This document shows positions 9,565 to 19,908 of a stretch of DNA of 64,000 nt, piece after piece (within the stretch, counting starts at the first letter, position 1; every line of letters begins with the position of its first letter). The notes beneath the pieces are model-generated. The model had not been told where the DNA came from. It searched no databases and saw nothing but the letters and a program-made list of their open reading frames with translations. Origin of the DNA: Gammaproteobacteria bacterium (lineage in GTDB: Bacteria > Pseudomonadota > Gammaproteobacteria > CBDBNL01 > JAAOII01). Location: positions 1,856,001 through 1,920,000 of the forward strand of contig OZ242372.1 of the NCBI GenBank assembly GCA_965209035.1. Direction: 5' to 3'. Made by a program: the position numbers and the translations under genes.

Positions 9565-12500
9565 ATGCAGATGTTAAAGAAATTGACGAAATTGATTAGG
9601 TATCGTTTTAGTTGGAAATTTTCGGATTCGGCACCCGGCATAGAAGTTTATCTGCACAAAGATACTCGTACTTTGTTGAGTAGATTTCGCAATGACGATT
9701 CTACCAAAAAAGAAAAACTTCGAGACTGGCCGTCTTTTAGTGAAAACATTACACGGGCGGGTGCTCTGGCTTTGATCAGACAGTTGGCGTTGGAAGACGA
9801 ACAACAGGTGCAAGAATTACTATCGCAAGACGGATACTACCTCTCGCACCAAACTGTGGCAAACCTGAATGAAATGATGGCACGGAGTTTGGGGCTCCCG
9901 CCTGCTATTCCTTATATGCTTCGGATTAATACTGAGGACATTATTCCATATTCTCGTTTTAAGATATGGTTCTCCTTGAGAAACAGAGGAGAAGAGCGAG
10001 ACATCGATTTTCAAAGAAGGGGGGCAATAATAGAAATAAACGGAATTGGGGACTACCGACTCCCGGATCCTTTTTACCGTATTGCCGAAAAGATTTCCGA
10101 GTTACGCGATCTGCGTAACTCGACTGGTGATACTTATGATACCCGTTTGGCACTGGTATCCGAATTACAAGATATTCTGTCGGAGATGACAGGAGAAGAA
10201 AATAGAAGTTTTCAAAACAGCCAAACTTTGAATAATACCGAATTGCTACATGCCACTGCTTTTTCTTTGGATGTGAAGAAAATACAAACCGAGCAAGGTG
10301 ACGAGGATTATGAGATGAACCCAATTCTTTTTGGTCGCTCCGTAACGGATAACATTAATCTGAATGGGCAAGCTTTAGATCAAGATGAACAGATGTTGGA
10401 TGACCTGGAAGGGGCAAGGTTTATCGAGCAATTTTCGGGTGTTCCCGAAGCACGCCGCACCTATGTGTTGGAAGGAGGCAGATATGTGGTGATAGACAAA
10501 TCTCTGAAACCCGCACTTGATCTGGTGCGGCAAAAGCAGCGGGGAAGCCCGGCCGAACGCAAAGCGTTTATTCAAAATCCTCGCGAATCTCTGTGCGAAC
10601 ACTATCACTTGGATAACGAAGAGACTGAAAGATTGGAAAAGTTATTTATAGAAACGAAACAGTATTCGGAACGAGTGATCTCCTTCGGTGTTTGGCAACC
10701 GCCGAATTTACCTTGGCTGCATATCCCCCCGTCTGACTGGTTGCCGGATCATTATCAGTTTTTGATTCAGAAAAAAATTCTCAATATTCCGACAGATCAA
10801 TTGGAGTATGCCGTAAAGCAAGTTAAGGATGCTCTGAATGAAGGAAAACAACAAATTGAACTGTTTGGTGTCAGCGTTACACCAACACCTAAGTTACTCA
10901 GTTCACTACAGGCTCCCCTACCTGCCAGGCCGGAGGTTCAACAGCCAAACGGCAATGGTGATCACACCGGGGGCGGACAACCCGAGAAACCCCTTTATGT
11001 GCCGTTGATAAAAGAGAATTTTGAAGTTCTGGATTATGTCTCGCGTTTTCAACCTCGCCAGCCGTTGGATCAAAATTATACTCTTAAAGGAGACTTTGTA
11101 CTTAAAGAACATCAACAACAGGGCTTGAATTGGTTGGAGTCAGTTCACCGAATGGGTCTGCCCGGTTGTTTGTTGGCGGATGATATGGGGCTTGGAAAGA
11201 CACTGCAAGTGTTGGTTTTTTTACAAAAGTGGGTTGCCGCCGAGAGGAAGCCACATTTGATAGTAGCACCTGTGGGAGTGTTAAAAAATTGGCACGAGGA
11301 ACACGATAAGTATCTGGCAAATGAAGGACTCGGCCCGGTATTTCGTGCTTACGGACGACATCTGCAAGGAATACGCGTTACCCCGGGCAATAACATCAAC
11401 CCGGTACAACAAACTTCGGATTGGATACAAGAGGCTCAAAATTCTTCTTGGATATTAACAGGTTATCCAACCCTTAGAAATTATCAGAGCGTCTTTGCGG
11501 CTATCCGGTTTTCATGTGTAGTGTTTGATGAGATACAGACTGTAAAGAATCCGCGCAGTTTGAATTGCCATGCTACGAAGACACTGAACAGTGAATTTCG
11601 TCTTGGATTATCCGGCACCCCGATTGAAAATTCTTTGTGTGATCTGTGGACGATTATGGATATTGTTGCTCCGGGATTTCTAAAAGATTTACGCTCTTTT
11701 ATGCGGGCTTATCCTCCCAAGGATCTTGCGGGTTTGGAAAAGTTGACGCGTATTCTTACGAAACCCCAAAAAATTAACACCGATGTACAGATACCACCTT
11801 TTGTATTGAGAAGGCTGAAAAAAGATGTCTTGAACCCACAAGTGATTCCGCGCAAAACGATTTGCCCTATCAACGAGACTACGGAAGTCATGCCGGCAGT
11901 TCAGGCACAAGAATTTACAAATGCTTTTGAACGATATCGGACAAAAGAAATTAATATGTTGCAGGCCCTGTGGGCGTTTAAAAATATTTCATTGCATCCG
12001 ACTTCTGTTACACGAGAAGAAATAACCAATCATAAAAAATATATTGCACAATCTGCCAGATTAAAAAAGATGATATCCATATTGGATAGAATTAAGGAGC
12101 AAAATGAGAAGGCCTTGATATTTTTACAATCGCGCGAGATGCAACCTATTTTGGCGGCTATCATTAAGACGCGTTACGAAATGCAAAGAGAACCATTAAT
12201 TATCAATGGCTCTGTTAGCGGAGACAGAAGGATGGAAATGGTTCACAGGTTTCAATCAGAAAACGGATTTAATGTTCTCATCATTTCGACTCGGGCGGGC
12301 GGTGTTGGCATTAATTTGACCGCAGCCAATCATGTACTGCATTTGGAAAGATGGTGGAATCCGGCCGTAGAGGATCAATGCACAGGACGGGCATATCGTT
12401 TGGGGCAAACAAGAGAAGTATTTGTTTATCTTCTTTTGGCGCAGCATGCCAAATATGGCCCGCGTTCTTTTGATTTTATTCTGGATGATCTATTCAGGCG

Positions 12501-13002
12501 AAAGAGAGAACTGGCGGAGTCTGTTTTTGTGCCTGTTCAAATTAGTAAAATTGACCTTGCCGGTGCCATGGATTTGGAAGAGATTAGCATGGATGACATT
12601 GCCATAATGGACTCGTTAGAATTTGAGAAGTTGATTATGCGGAAAATTAAACAGGATAATGAGCAACTCACTGCACAACTAACTGTGTCAAGCGGCGACA
12701 AGGGAGCGGATATTATTGTGAGTACTTCGGACGATAGTCAGGGGATTATCATTCAATGTAAGCATACAAGTAATCCGAACAAGAAGGCAAGCCCAAATGC
12801 GGTGATGGATTTGATGAGGGCCCGCGATTATTATTTGACGGGTTGCTCTCAAAAGCATTTATTTGCCGTGACCAATGCCAAAGGATTTAATGACAAGGCA
12901 ATAAATATGGCACGAGAAGAAAAAGTCAGATTAATCTGTGGAGATGATATTCTCAATATAGGGACGATAGTAAAAGAAACATTGGAATCCCCGGAAATCT
13001 AG
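9565..13002 (+). CDS. zorD: Zorya ZorD (SNF2 helicase with C-terminal Mrr-like nuclease)
   Basis: LLADDMGLGKT, DEIQ..KN, SGTPIEN, AGGVGINLT.A, WWNPAVEDQC..RAYRLGQ; C-terminal FEKL...GDKGADII...IQCKH. Confidence 0.88.
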   Translation: MQMLKKLTKLIRYRFSWKFSDSAPGIEVYLHKDTRTLLSRFRNDDSTKKEKLRDWPSFSENITRAGALALIRQLALEDEQQVQELLSQDGYYLSHQTVANLNEMMARSLGLPPAIPYMLRINTEDIIPYSRFKIWFSLRNRGEERDIDFQRRGAIIEINGIGDYRLPDPFYRIAEKISELRDLRNSTGDTYDTRLALVSELQDILSEMTGEENRSFQNSQTLNNTELLHATAFSLDVKKIQTEQGDEDYEMNPILFGRSVTDNINLNGQALDQDEQMLDDLEGARFIEQFSGVPEARRTYVLEGGRYVVIDKSLKPALDLVRQKQRGSPAERKAFIQNPRESLCEHYHLDNEETERLEKLFIETKQYSERVISFGVWQPPNLPWLHIPPSDWLPDHYQFLIQKKILNIPTDQLEYAVKQVKDALNEGKQQIELFGVSVTPTPKLLSSLQAPLPARPEVQQPNGNGDHTGGGQPEKPLYVPLIKENFEVLDYVSRFQPRQPLDQNYTLKGDFVLKEHQQQGLNWLESVHRMGLPGCLLADDMGLGKTLQVLVFLQKWVAAERKPHLIVAPVGVLKNWHEEHDKYLANEGLGPVFRAYGRHLQGIRVTPGNNINPVQQTSDWIQEAQNSSWILTGYPTLRNYQSVFAAIRFSCVVFDEIQTVKNPRSLNCHATKTLNSEFRLGLSGTPIENSLCDLWTIMDIVAPGFLKDLRSFMRAYPPKDLAGLEKLTRILTKPQKINTDVQIPPFVLRRLKKDVLNPQVIPRKTICPINETTEVMPAVQAQEFTNAFERYRTKEINMLQALWAFKNISLHPTSVTREEITNHKKYIAQSARLKKMISILDRIKEQNEKALIFLQSREMQPILAAIIKTRYEMQREPLIINGSVSGDRRMEMVHRFQSENGFNVLIISTRAGGVGINLTAANHVLHLERWWNPAVEDQCTGRAYRLGQTREVFVYLLLAQHAKYGPRSFDFILDDLFRRKRELAESVFVPVQISKIDLAGAMDLEEISMDDIAIMDSLEFEKLIMRKIKQDNEQLTAQLTVSSGDKGADIIVSTSDDSQGIIIQCKHTSNPNKKASPNAVMDLMRARDYYLTGCSQKHLFAVTNAKGFNDKAINMAREEKVRLICGDDILNIGTIVKETLESPEI

Positions 13003-13186
13003 GCAGTCCCGGAATACTAAAAACAGGAAGGTTCATATGGTTCCTTGTCAAGAAACGATATGTTGGTAATGACTTTGTAATTATTCTCACCGAATATATA
13101 AATATATCAAGTACCGAACCGGATGTAATGATACAGAGCGGTGGCTGTGGAAAGTGCATTTCATAAAATAACATTAAATACATTAA

Positions 13187-14383
13187 ATGATGCAAAAAAT
13201 TCAAGATATCGGTTTGACCGGTGAGATGCGTGTTCTGTTGCGTGCGGACTTCAATACGCCGATGCAAGCCGGCAAAATTACGGATGATACGCGTATTCGG
13301 GCGGCATTGCCGGGAATCCGCCGGATCCTGGAAACAGGCGCGTCTTTGATCATGGTATCCCATTTGGGGAGACCGGATGCAAACAAGCCGCCGGCTGAAC
13401 AGCCGCAGTTTTCGCTGGCACCGATTGCCGGCTATCTGGAGCAAGCATTGGGACGACCCGTGGAGTTGCTACCCACTCCCGCATCTGTTCCGCCCAAAGG
13501 CGCGACAGCCGGATCGCAAAAATGCTGTCTGTTGGAAAACATTCGTTTCTTTCCGGGTGAGACCGCGAACAGCCCCGAATTGTCCAAAGAATTGGGGGGG
13601 CTATGCGATGTGTTTGTGATGGATGCTTTTGGCAGCGCCCATCGCGCCCATGCTTCTACGGTGGGTATTGTTCGCTTCGCACCGCAAAGTTGTGTCGGGA
13701 TTTTGGTGCAACGGGAAACGGAAGCCCTGGACAAGGTCCTGCGTAATCCGCCGCGTCCGTTGGTGTCCGTTTTGGGCGGTGCCAAGGTGGGGGATAAATT
13801 GAAAGTTCTCGGCCCTTTGGCGGAGATTTCAGATTTCTTGATTGTCGGCGGGGGCATTGCCAATACCTTTATGGCGGCTGCGGGCCGGGAGGTTGGCAAT
13901 TCCCTTTATGAACCCGAGTTACTGGAAGAAGCCCGTCAATTGATGAAACTCACCAAGATCCCTTTGCCGACAGATGTTGTAGTGGCATCTTCTCCGAATG
14001 ATGCCGAGGGAACACACAAGCACTTGGCGGAAGTTGACAAAAACGAAATGATTTTGGATATTGGCGGCGACACTTTGGTGGCATACGCAAAGATTATTGA
14101 GCGTGCCAAGACCATTCTTTGGAACGGTCCTGTGGGTGTGTTTGAAAAAGAGGCATTTGCCGCGGGGACACAAGAATTGGCGCGGATGATTGCCGGCAGT
14201 TCCGCATATACTCTTGCGGGCGGCGGCGATACGATTGCCGCCATTAATGCGTTTGTGGGCGAGAAGGCTATGGATTATATTTCCACCGGGGGCGGGGCAT
14301 TCTTGGAATACATCGAAAAAAGAGGAAAACTACCCGCGTTGGAAATGCTCCGAAATTCGCGCCCCGGTAGCTCAGCAGGATAG
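13187..14383 (+). CDS. pgk: Phosphoglycerate kinase
   Basis: RADFNTP, SHLGRP, LLENIRF, DAFGSAHRAHAS, GGAKV.DK, WNGPVGVFE, GGGDT, ISTGGGAFLE. Confidence 0.97.
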   Translation: MMQKIQDIGLTGEMRVLLRADFNTPMQAGKITDDTRIRAALPGIRRILETGASLIMVSHLGRPDANKPPAEQPQFSLAPIAGYLEQALGRPVELLPTPASVPPKGATAGSQKCCLLENIRFFPGETANSPELSKELGGLCDVFVMDAFGSAHRAHASTVGIVRFAPQSCVGILVQRETEALDKVLRNPPRPLVSVLGGAKVGDKLKVLGPLAEISDFLIVGGGIANTFMAAAGREVGNSLYEPELLEEARQLMKLTKIPLPTDVVVASSPNDAEGTHKHLAEVDKNEMILDIGGDTLVAYAKIIERAKTILWNGPVGVFEKEAFAAGTQELARMIAGSSAYTLAGGGDTIAAINAFVGEKAMDYISTGGGAFLEYIEKRGKLPALEMLRNSRPGSSAG

Positions 14384-14434
14384 AGCGACTCCCTCCTAAG
14401 GAGTAGGTCGGGTGTTCGAGTCATCCCCGGGGCA
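14361..14434 (+). tRNA. tRNA-Arg (anticodon CCT), CCA end not encoded
   Basis: Cloverleaf: acceptor GCCCCGG/CCGGGGC, D-arm GCTC..GAGC, anticodon arm ACTCC-CTCCTAA-GGAGT, T-arm GGGTG-TTCGAGT-CATCC, discriminator A. Confidence 0.93.
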
Positions 14435-14467
14435 GTTTTTATTACGCTTGTAACAGGTTTTTCGGTT

Positions 14468-15727
14468 ATGCGGCGTTTTCTTATTTTGTTACCGCTTGTT
14501 GCGGCATCCGCTCTTTTGGCTTTTGAGCGCGTGCCGACACCCGAAACGAGTCAGCCGGTAAAAGAAATCCTGTGGGAAAGGGTATCCGGTGATAACAGTT
14601 CCGTGGAAGGGGCGGCGGCGGACAGAGTTCTTTACGGGTTTGATAAGTCACCCGGCGTGCGTGTCACACCGGATATCAGTTCTCCTTCTTATATGGTGGC
14701 GGACCCGCATACGGGGTTTGAAATTCTTGCGCACAACGCGGATGCGCCGCGACCTCCGGCAAGTTTGACAAAAATTATGACCGCCTTTGTGGTGGCAAAG
14801 AAACTGGCGGCCAAGGAAGTTGAACTTACCGAAGAAGCGGAGGTTTCGCCCAAGGTTCTCGCGGTGCCGGGGTCCCGTATGTTCATTCAACCGGGATTGC
14901 CCGTGACCCTGGATCAACTGCTGTTTGGTCTTATCGTATCCTCCGGTAATGATGCCGCTCTTGCCATCGCGGAGCATATCAGTGGCAGCGAAGAAGAATT
15001 TGTCAATCTGATGAATCAGGAGGCGCAGTTACTTGGCATGAGCGATTGTCGTTTTTTGAATAGCAACGGTTTGCCGCATCCGCTGATGCGCTGCTCTTTG
15101 CGCAGTTTGATGATCCTCTGTAAGGAATTAATTGTGCGTTATCCGGCATTTTACAAACGCTATTTTGATGTCCGCAGGTTTACTTATAACGGTATCACGC
15201 AACGCAGCCGCAATCAATTGTTGTTTTGGGCGAGCGATGAGGTGGATGGCATTAAGACCGGTAACACGGAAGAAGCCGGATACAATGTCATCGTTTCGGG
15301 TGTCCGGGAATATCGGTTGATTGTGGGGGTCATGGGGGCGAAAAGTACATACTTGCGTGCCAGCGATGCCGCCAAACTTCTAAACCATGTTTATATTTAC
15401 TACAAGCGTTATATCCATTATCACGGTCACGAGCCAATCTCCCGGGTGCGTGTTTGGAAAGGAGACAAATCTTCTGTCCCGGTGGGTTTGGAGCAACATC
15501 TTTATACGACCCTTCCTTATCGTAAGCGCGAGGACTTCACAACTGCGATCATATTACCGGGCAGATTGCGCGCGCCCGTGGCGAAAAACCAAGTTGTCGG
15601 TGAGTTGATCTTGACCTTTCAGGGAGGAGAAATTCTCGCGCGGCCGTTGATTGCTTTGGAGTCTGTCAAACCGGCGGGGCTATTAAAAAATTTCTGGCAT
15701 GAAATACTGATTTCTTTCGGCGGATGA
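14468..15727 (+). CDS. dacA: D-alanyl-D-alanine carboxypeptidase (PBP5/6 family)
   Basis: Signal peptide; PASLTK (SxxK), SGNDAA (SxN), IKTG; C-terminal PBP5 beta domain; upstream of lipB-lipA as in other gammaproteobacteria. Confidence 0.9.
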   Translation: MRRFLILLPLVAASALLAFERVPTPETSQPVKEILWERVSGDNSSVEGAAADRVLYGFDKSPGVRVTPDISSPSYMVADPHTGFEILAHNADAPRPPASLTKIMTAFVVAKKLAAKEVELTEEAEVSPKVLAVPGSRMFIQPGLPVTLDQLLFGLIVSSGNDAALAIAEHISGSEEEFVNLMNQEAQLLGMSDCRFLNSNGLPHPLMRCSLRSLMILCKELIVRYPAFYKRYFDVRRFTYNGITQRSRNQLLFWASDEVDGIKTGNTEEAGYNVIVSGVREYRLIVGVMGAKSTYLRASDAAKLLNHVYIYYKRYIHYHGHEPISRVRVWKGDKSSVPVGLEQHLYTTLPYRKREDFTTAIILPGRLRAPVAKNQVVGELILTFQGGEILARPLIALESVKPAGLLKNFWHEILISFGG

Positions 15728-16389
15728 ATTGCGGGGGGTCTCTTGCCGACAATTTACAAGTCACCGACAAAGGCGTGACCGATTACGCCGATCTGTGTCG
15801 TCGGATGGATCATCGGACGAGCGAGCGTCTGCAAAACAGATATGCCGCAACGGACGAATGCTGGATTACCCGACACCATTCGGTTTATACGCTCGGGCGC
15901 CGGGCGGATGCCCGGCATCTCAAAGAAAATCCGGAACATATCCCGGTGCTTCGGACAGACAGAGGCGGTGGCATCACCTGGCATGGTCCGGGACAAATCA
16001 TTTTTTATCTGCTGCTGGATATCAGGCGAAAGGGGTGGAGTGTGAAACACCTGGTGTCCTTGACCGAAGAGGCAATCATTTCGTTTTTATCCCGACTTGG
16101 CATCAGCGGGCACAGACGACCGTCTATGCCGGGGGTCTATGTTTGTGAAGAGAAAATAGCATCTCTCGGATTTCGCATTAGGCAGGGTTGCTGCTATCAC
16201 GGTCTTAGTTTTAATCTCTGCCCGAACTTGAAGTATTTTGCCCGGATGGACACTTGCGGTTACGCGGGCCTGCGAGTGACTTCGCTTGCAAAACTCGGTG
16301 CCGACCTCTCGCAAGCGGAATGCGAAAGGGGGATCCTTGCCGGGATATCCTCTGTGATGTGCTACAATATTCGTTATGAAACCGATTGA
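15724..16389 (+). CDS. lipB: Octanoyltransferase
   Basis: H..VYTLG, TDRGGGITWHGPGQ, KIASLG, HGLSFN, CG motif. Confidence 0.93.
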   Translation: MNCGGSLADNLQVTDKGVTDYADLCRRMDHRTSERLQNRYAATDECWITRHHSVYTLGRRADARHLKENPEHIPVLRTDRGGGITWHGPGQIIFYLLLDIRRKGWSVKHLVSLTEEAIISFLSRLGISGHRRPSMPGVYVCEEKIASLGFRIRQGCCYHGLSFNLCPNLKYFARMDTCGYAGLRVTSLAKLGADLSQAECERGILAGISSVMCYNIRYETD

Positions 16390-16430
16390 AGATCCGTTTG
16401 AATAAGCCTTAATTAATTCTTGAATAATCC

Positions 16431-17471
16431 TTGAATAATAGAAGCCGAACCGAGCAGTACATCACAGTGCATCAAAAAAAAGAAATAACCCAAGCAGCCA
16501 AACCAACCGAGAAATCGCATTTTGGTATCCCAACTTCCGCGGGCAAGAAACTGCGCGGAGCCGAAAAGGTGGCGCGCATTCCCATTAAGATTCTTCCGAC
16601 TGTGAATCCCTTGCGTAAACCGGATTGGATCCGGGTGCGAGTTAGTTTGAGTCCCAATGTGATGCGCATTAAAAAACTCTTGAGGCAGAAAAAATTGCAT
16701 ACTGTGTGCGAAGAAGCGGCATGCCCCAATTTGAACGAATGTTTCGGCGGCGGAACGGCGACCTTTATGATTATGGGTGATATCTGCACTCGGCGTTGCC
16801 CTTTTTGTGATGTGGCACACGGCAGGCCGCTCCCGTTGGATGCCGAGGAACCGCGCCATCTTGCGGAAGCAATTGCGGACCTGGGCTTGAAATATGTGGT
16901 CATCACTTCCGTGGACAGAGACGATCTGCGCGACGGCGGGGCGGGGCATTTTGCGGAATGTATTACCGAGATTCGCCGCACCTGCCCGGGCACCGTCATA
17001 GAAGTGTTGGTGCCGGATTTTCGCGGGCGAATGGAAGTTGCTTTGAACCTCATGGAAACCGGTCTGCCGGATGTGTTTAATCATAATCTCGAGTCAGTCC
17101 CGCGTCTGTATAAGCGGGTTCGGCCGGGTTCGGATTACATTGGGTCCCTAAAACTGTTGCATTTGTTCAAGCAAAGAATGCCGCATGTTCAAACCAAATC
17201 CGGTATTATGTTGGGCTTGGGCGAAACCGCGCAAGAAGTGGAGCGGGTACTTTTGGACCTGCGCCGGCATTCGGTTAATATGGTAACTCTGGGGCAATAT
17301 TTGCAACCGAGTCTTTCGCACTTGCCTGTTTCCCGTTATGTTAGACCCGCAGAATTTGACTATTACGCACTTTTGGGCAAAAAGATGGGGTTTGACAATG
17401 TCGCCAGTGGGCCGATGGTGCGATCGTCTTATCACGCTGACAAGCAACATCTCAAGCAAGAGGTGGCTTAG
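16431..17471 (+). CDS. lipA: Lipoyl synthase
   Basis: [37 protein letters not shown]. Exact start codon uncertain. Confidence 0.96.
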   Translation: MNNRSRTEQYITVHQKKEITQAAKPTEKSHFGIPTSAGKKLRGAEKVARIPIKILPTVNPLRKPDWIRVRVSLSPNVMRIKKLLRQKKLHTVCEEAACPNLNECFGGGTATFMIMGDICTRRCPFCDVAHGRPLPLDAEEPRHLAEAIADLGLKYVVITSVDRDDLRDGGAGHFAECITEIRRTCPGTVIEVLVPDFRGRMEVALNLMETGLPDVFNHNLESVPRLYKRVRPGSDYIGSLKLLHLFKQRMPHVQTKSGIMLGLGETAQEVERVLLDLRRHSVNMVTLGQYLQPSLSHLPVSRYVRPAEFDYYALLGKKMGFDNVASGPMVRSSYHADKQHLKQEVA

Positions 17472-17486
17472 AACCGGCTCCTCTAT

Positions 17487-17540
17487 GAGTGAGGGGGAGT
17501 GAGGGGGAGTGAGAGGGAGTGCGGGGGAGTGCGGGCGGGA
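17487..17540 (+). repeat. G-rich 10-bp tandem repeat (GAGGGGGAGT-like, ~5 copies)
   Basis: gagt gagggggagt gagggggagt gagagggagt gcgggggagt gcgggcggga, read directly. Confidence 0.85.
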
Positions 17541-17751
17541 ACGAAAAAGAGTTTAAGAGTTTGGCATGTGTGATTTTGAACGGCAAGAACTTCCGGCAGT
17601 CAATTTTTTAGCGGGCATAAACGAATGAACGAATGAACGAACAAAATAAGTACTTAATTTTCTCCAAACCAATACAAGGAATGATCGGTTTCCGGTTAGA
17701 ATTCTGTGCGGGCGGTGCGGGCTATGCTATCTAAGGCGGAGCGGATGATAA

Positions 17752-18545
17752 ATGATTAATTGGTGTGATTTCTCGGCCGCCGTTTGGCAAACCGAAGAAA
17801 AGACCTTGCGACCGGTGCGTCGCCCGGACAGAGTCAATCTTGCCGACCTCATCGGTGTGAAGGAACAGGCACAGCAACTGTTGGAAAATACGCAAGATCT
17901 TCTTGCCGACCGGTCCGCGGAAAATGCCTTGTTGTGTGGGGCGCGCGGCAGCGGCAAGTCGGCACTCATTAAGGGGGTCTTTACCGCACTGGCGGATCAC
18001 TATCCCTTGCGTCTGATTCAGTTGGCACGCGAAGATATGGCATCCTTGCCCGTTATTGCCGAAATGATAGAAGACGGACCTTACAAGTTTATTATCTTTT
18101 GCGATGATCTGGTGTTTGGCGATGACAGCGACGAATATCGGGCATTGCGTGTCTTTTTGCCAGGCTCCATTAGGGCTCCATAGAATTGCCGCCGTCAAAT
18201 ATGGTGGTTTATGCCACTTCCAATCTGCGTTACATCTTGCCGCAAGACCCGGAGGAAAACCGAAAGGTCATTCTGCGCGATATGGAGCCGCAATACAGTC
18301 AACAAACGGAAGACAGACTGGCTCTTGCCGACCGATTTGGTATTTGGTTAAGTTTTTACGCACCCGGCATGCAAGATTACCTTGCTAAGATAAAAAAGGA
18401 ACTCGGCACTTCGTCGCGCATCTCGGATGCCGCCGAAGCGTTTGCCCGGCGACGGGCGCTTCATAATTACCGCACCGCCGAGCAGTTCATTCGTCAATAT
18501 AGACGCGGGGATCTCCGTCGAAACCGACTGCGGGAAAAAGGATAA
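17752..18545 (+). pseudogene. DUF815-family AAA+ ATPase, frameshifted
   Basis: 5' part has LL.GARGSGKS and FIIFCDDL; 3' part, in another frame, has (GSIE)LPPSN.VVYATSN and LADRFGIWLSFY. The break coincides with a duplicated GGCTCCAT(T)AG at 18163-18183. Confidence 0.8.
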
Positions 18546-18549
18546 TCGC

Positions 18550-19869
18550 TTACTTGTTCGGGCGGATGTCTGCGGGTAACTTGCGGTAACATCCGTTCTC
18601 ATTTGAAATCAAACCGTGAAGTTCCAATTCCGTCAAACAACTGTCAAGTTGCGCGATGTCCGTGCCGTCCGGTTGTGCCAGTTCGTCCGGATGTGTGGGG
18701 CGGTAGTTGAGCGTTTCCAACAACTTGTATGCGGCATCCGACAACAAAGAGCGATTCACAATTTTTGTTGAATGTGCGGCGGAAACCTGAGTGGCTTCCG
18801 GTGTTTTTTGTTTGTTTGTTTCCGCCCCCCGGTCACTTTCCCTTTTTCTTTCCCTTTCCCTTTCAGTGCCGGTCCCCGCTTTGTTGTGAATACGATGTGT
18901 CGCCTGTTTTTGTTTTTTAGGATCCGCGTTTTCCGCGAAGCCAAGCGGGAGATTCCGGGGATTTAAGGTATTCGGGGCATCCGGGCTATCCCGACTATCC
19001 AGGCTATTCGCATGACTTCTGTAGATTGCCGGCAGATGCGCGGTGATATCTTCGGTAGTTTCGGTTAGCAGAGCCCCGTCCTTAATTAATTTGTTACACC
19101 CTTTTGACAAGGGTGCATGAATTGAACCCGGAATAGCAAAAACATCCCGTCCCTGTTCGCCGGCAAGCCGGGCGGTGATCATGGCACCGCTGCGAAGTCC
19201 CGCTTCTATGACCAGGGTTGCCATGCTAATTCCGCTGATAATCCGGTTGCGTCTGGGGAAGTTACCGGGAAGGGGGCTTGTTCCGCGCCGAAAGATGGAA
19301 ACAATCGCACCGCGACCGCTGCCGATCATTTTTTCGGTGAGTGATATGTGCCGGTGCGGATAAACGCGGTCTATGCCGGTGCCGATAACGGCAAGCGTTC
19401 TGCCGTCTTTATCCAAGGCACTGCGGTGTGCAACGCCGTCCACTCCTTCGGCGAGTCCGCTGGTGATACACAAACCGTGCACGGCAAGTTCGGCGGAAAA
19501 TATGCGCGCATTATAGATCCCTTCACCGCTGGGTTTGCGCGGTCCGACGATTGCAAGAGAAGGAAATTTTAGGAGTGTGGGATCGCCCAGGACAAAGAGA
19601 GCACAGGGGGCGTCCTGTATTTTTCCAAGAAGCGGGGGGTAGTATTCGCTGTCATAAGCAACAAGATGATGACCGCTTTTTTGAGACCACTCCAAATCCT
19701 CTTCAATAGATTGACGCAAGACACCGTCCCCCCGGGAACCAGACAGGTAGGCATCCAATTGTTTTGGCAGACGCCCGGACCTTCCCTTGTTGGCATTATT
19801 TTGAATTTGTAATGCCTGTCGGGCGGATAGGTTAGAGTGAAAACAAGCCAGCCACTGCTCCAACCGCAT
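18550..19869 (-). CDS. dprA: DNA-processing protein DprA
   Basis: YPPLL..I.D.P, LAIVGPR, SGLAEGVD..AH, FPRRNRIISG, A.LRSGAMITA, PGSI....S.GCNKLI; C-terminal winged helix after a low-complexity linker. Confidence 0.93.
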   Translation of the reverse strand: MRLEQWLACFHSNLSARQALQIQNNANKGRSGRLPKQLDAYLSGSRGDGVLRQSIEEDLEWSQKSGHHLVAYDSEYYPPLLGKIQDAPCALFVLGDPTLLKFPSLAIVGPRKPSGEGIYNARIFSAELAVHGLCITSGLAEGVDGVAHRSALDKDGRTLAVIGTGIDRVYPHRHISLTEKMIGSGRGAIVSIFRRGTSPLPGNFPRRNRIISGISMATLVIEAGLRSGAMITARLAGEQGRDVFAIPGSIHAPLSKGCNKLIKDGALLTETTEDITAHLPAIYRSHANSLDSRDSPDAPNTLNPRNLPLGFAENADPKKQKQATHRIHNKAGTGTERERERKRESDRGAETNKQKTPEATQVSAAHSTKIVNRSLLSDAAYKLLETLNYRPTHPDELAQPDGTDIAQLDSCLTELELHGLISNENGCYRKLPADIRPNK

Positions 19870-19908
19870 GTCAGTTAAAAACCGTTAGAAGCCATTAGAA
19901 ACCGGGCA

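Noticed and set aside
14361-14470. tRNA-Arg as integration site for the Zorya island
   Set aside because: No integrase and no duplicated tRNA 3' end noticed; Zorya is separated from the tRNA by pgk.
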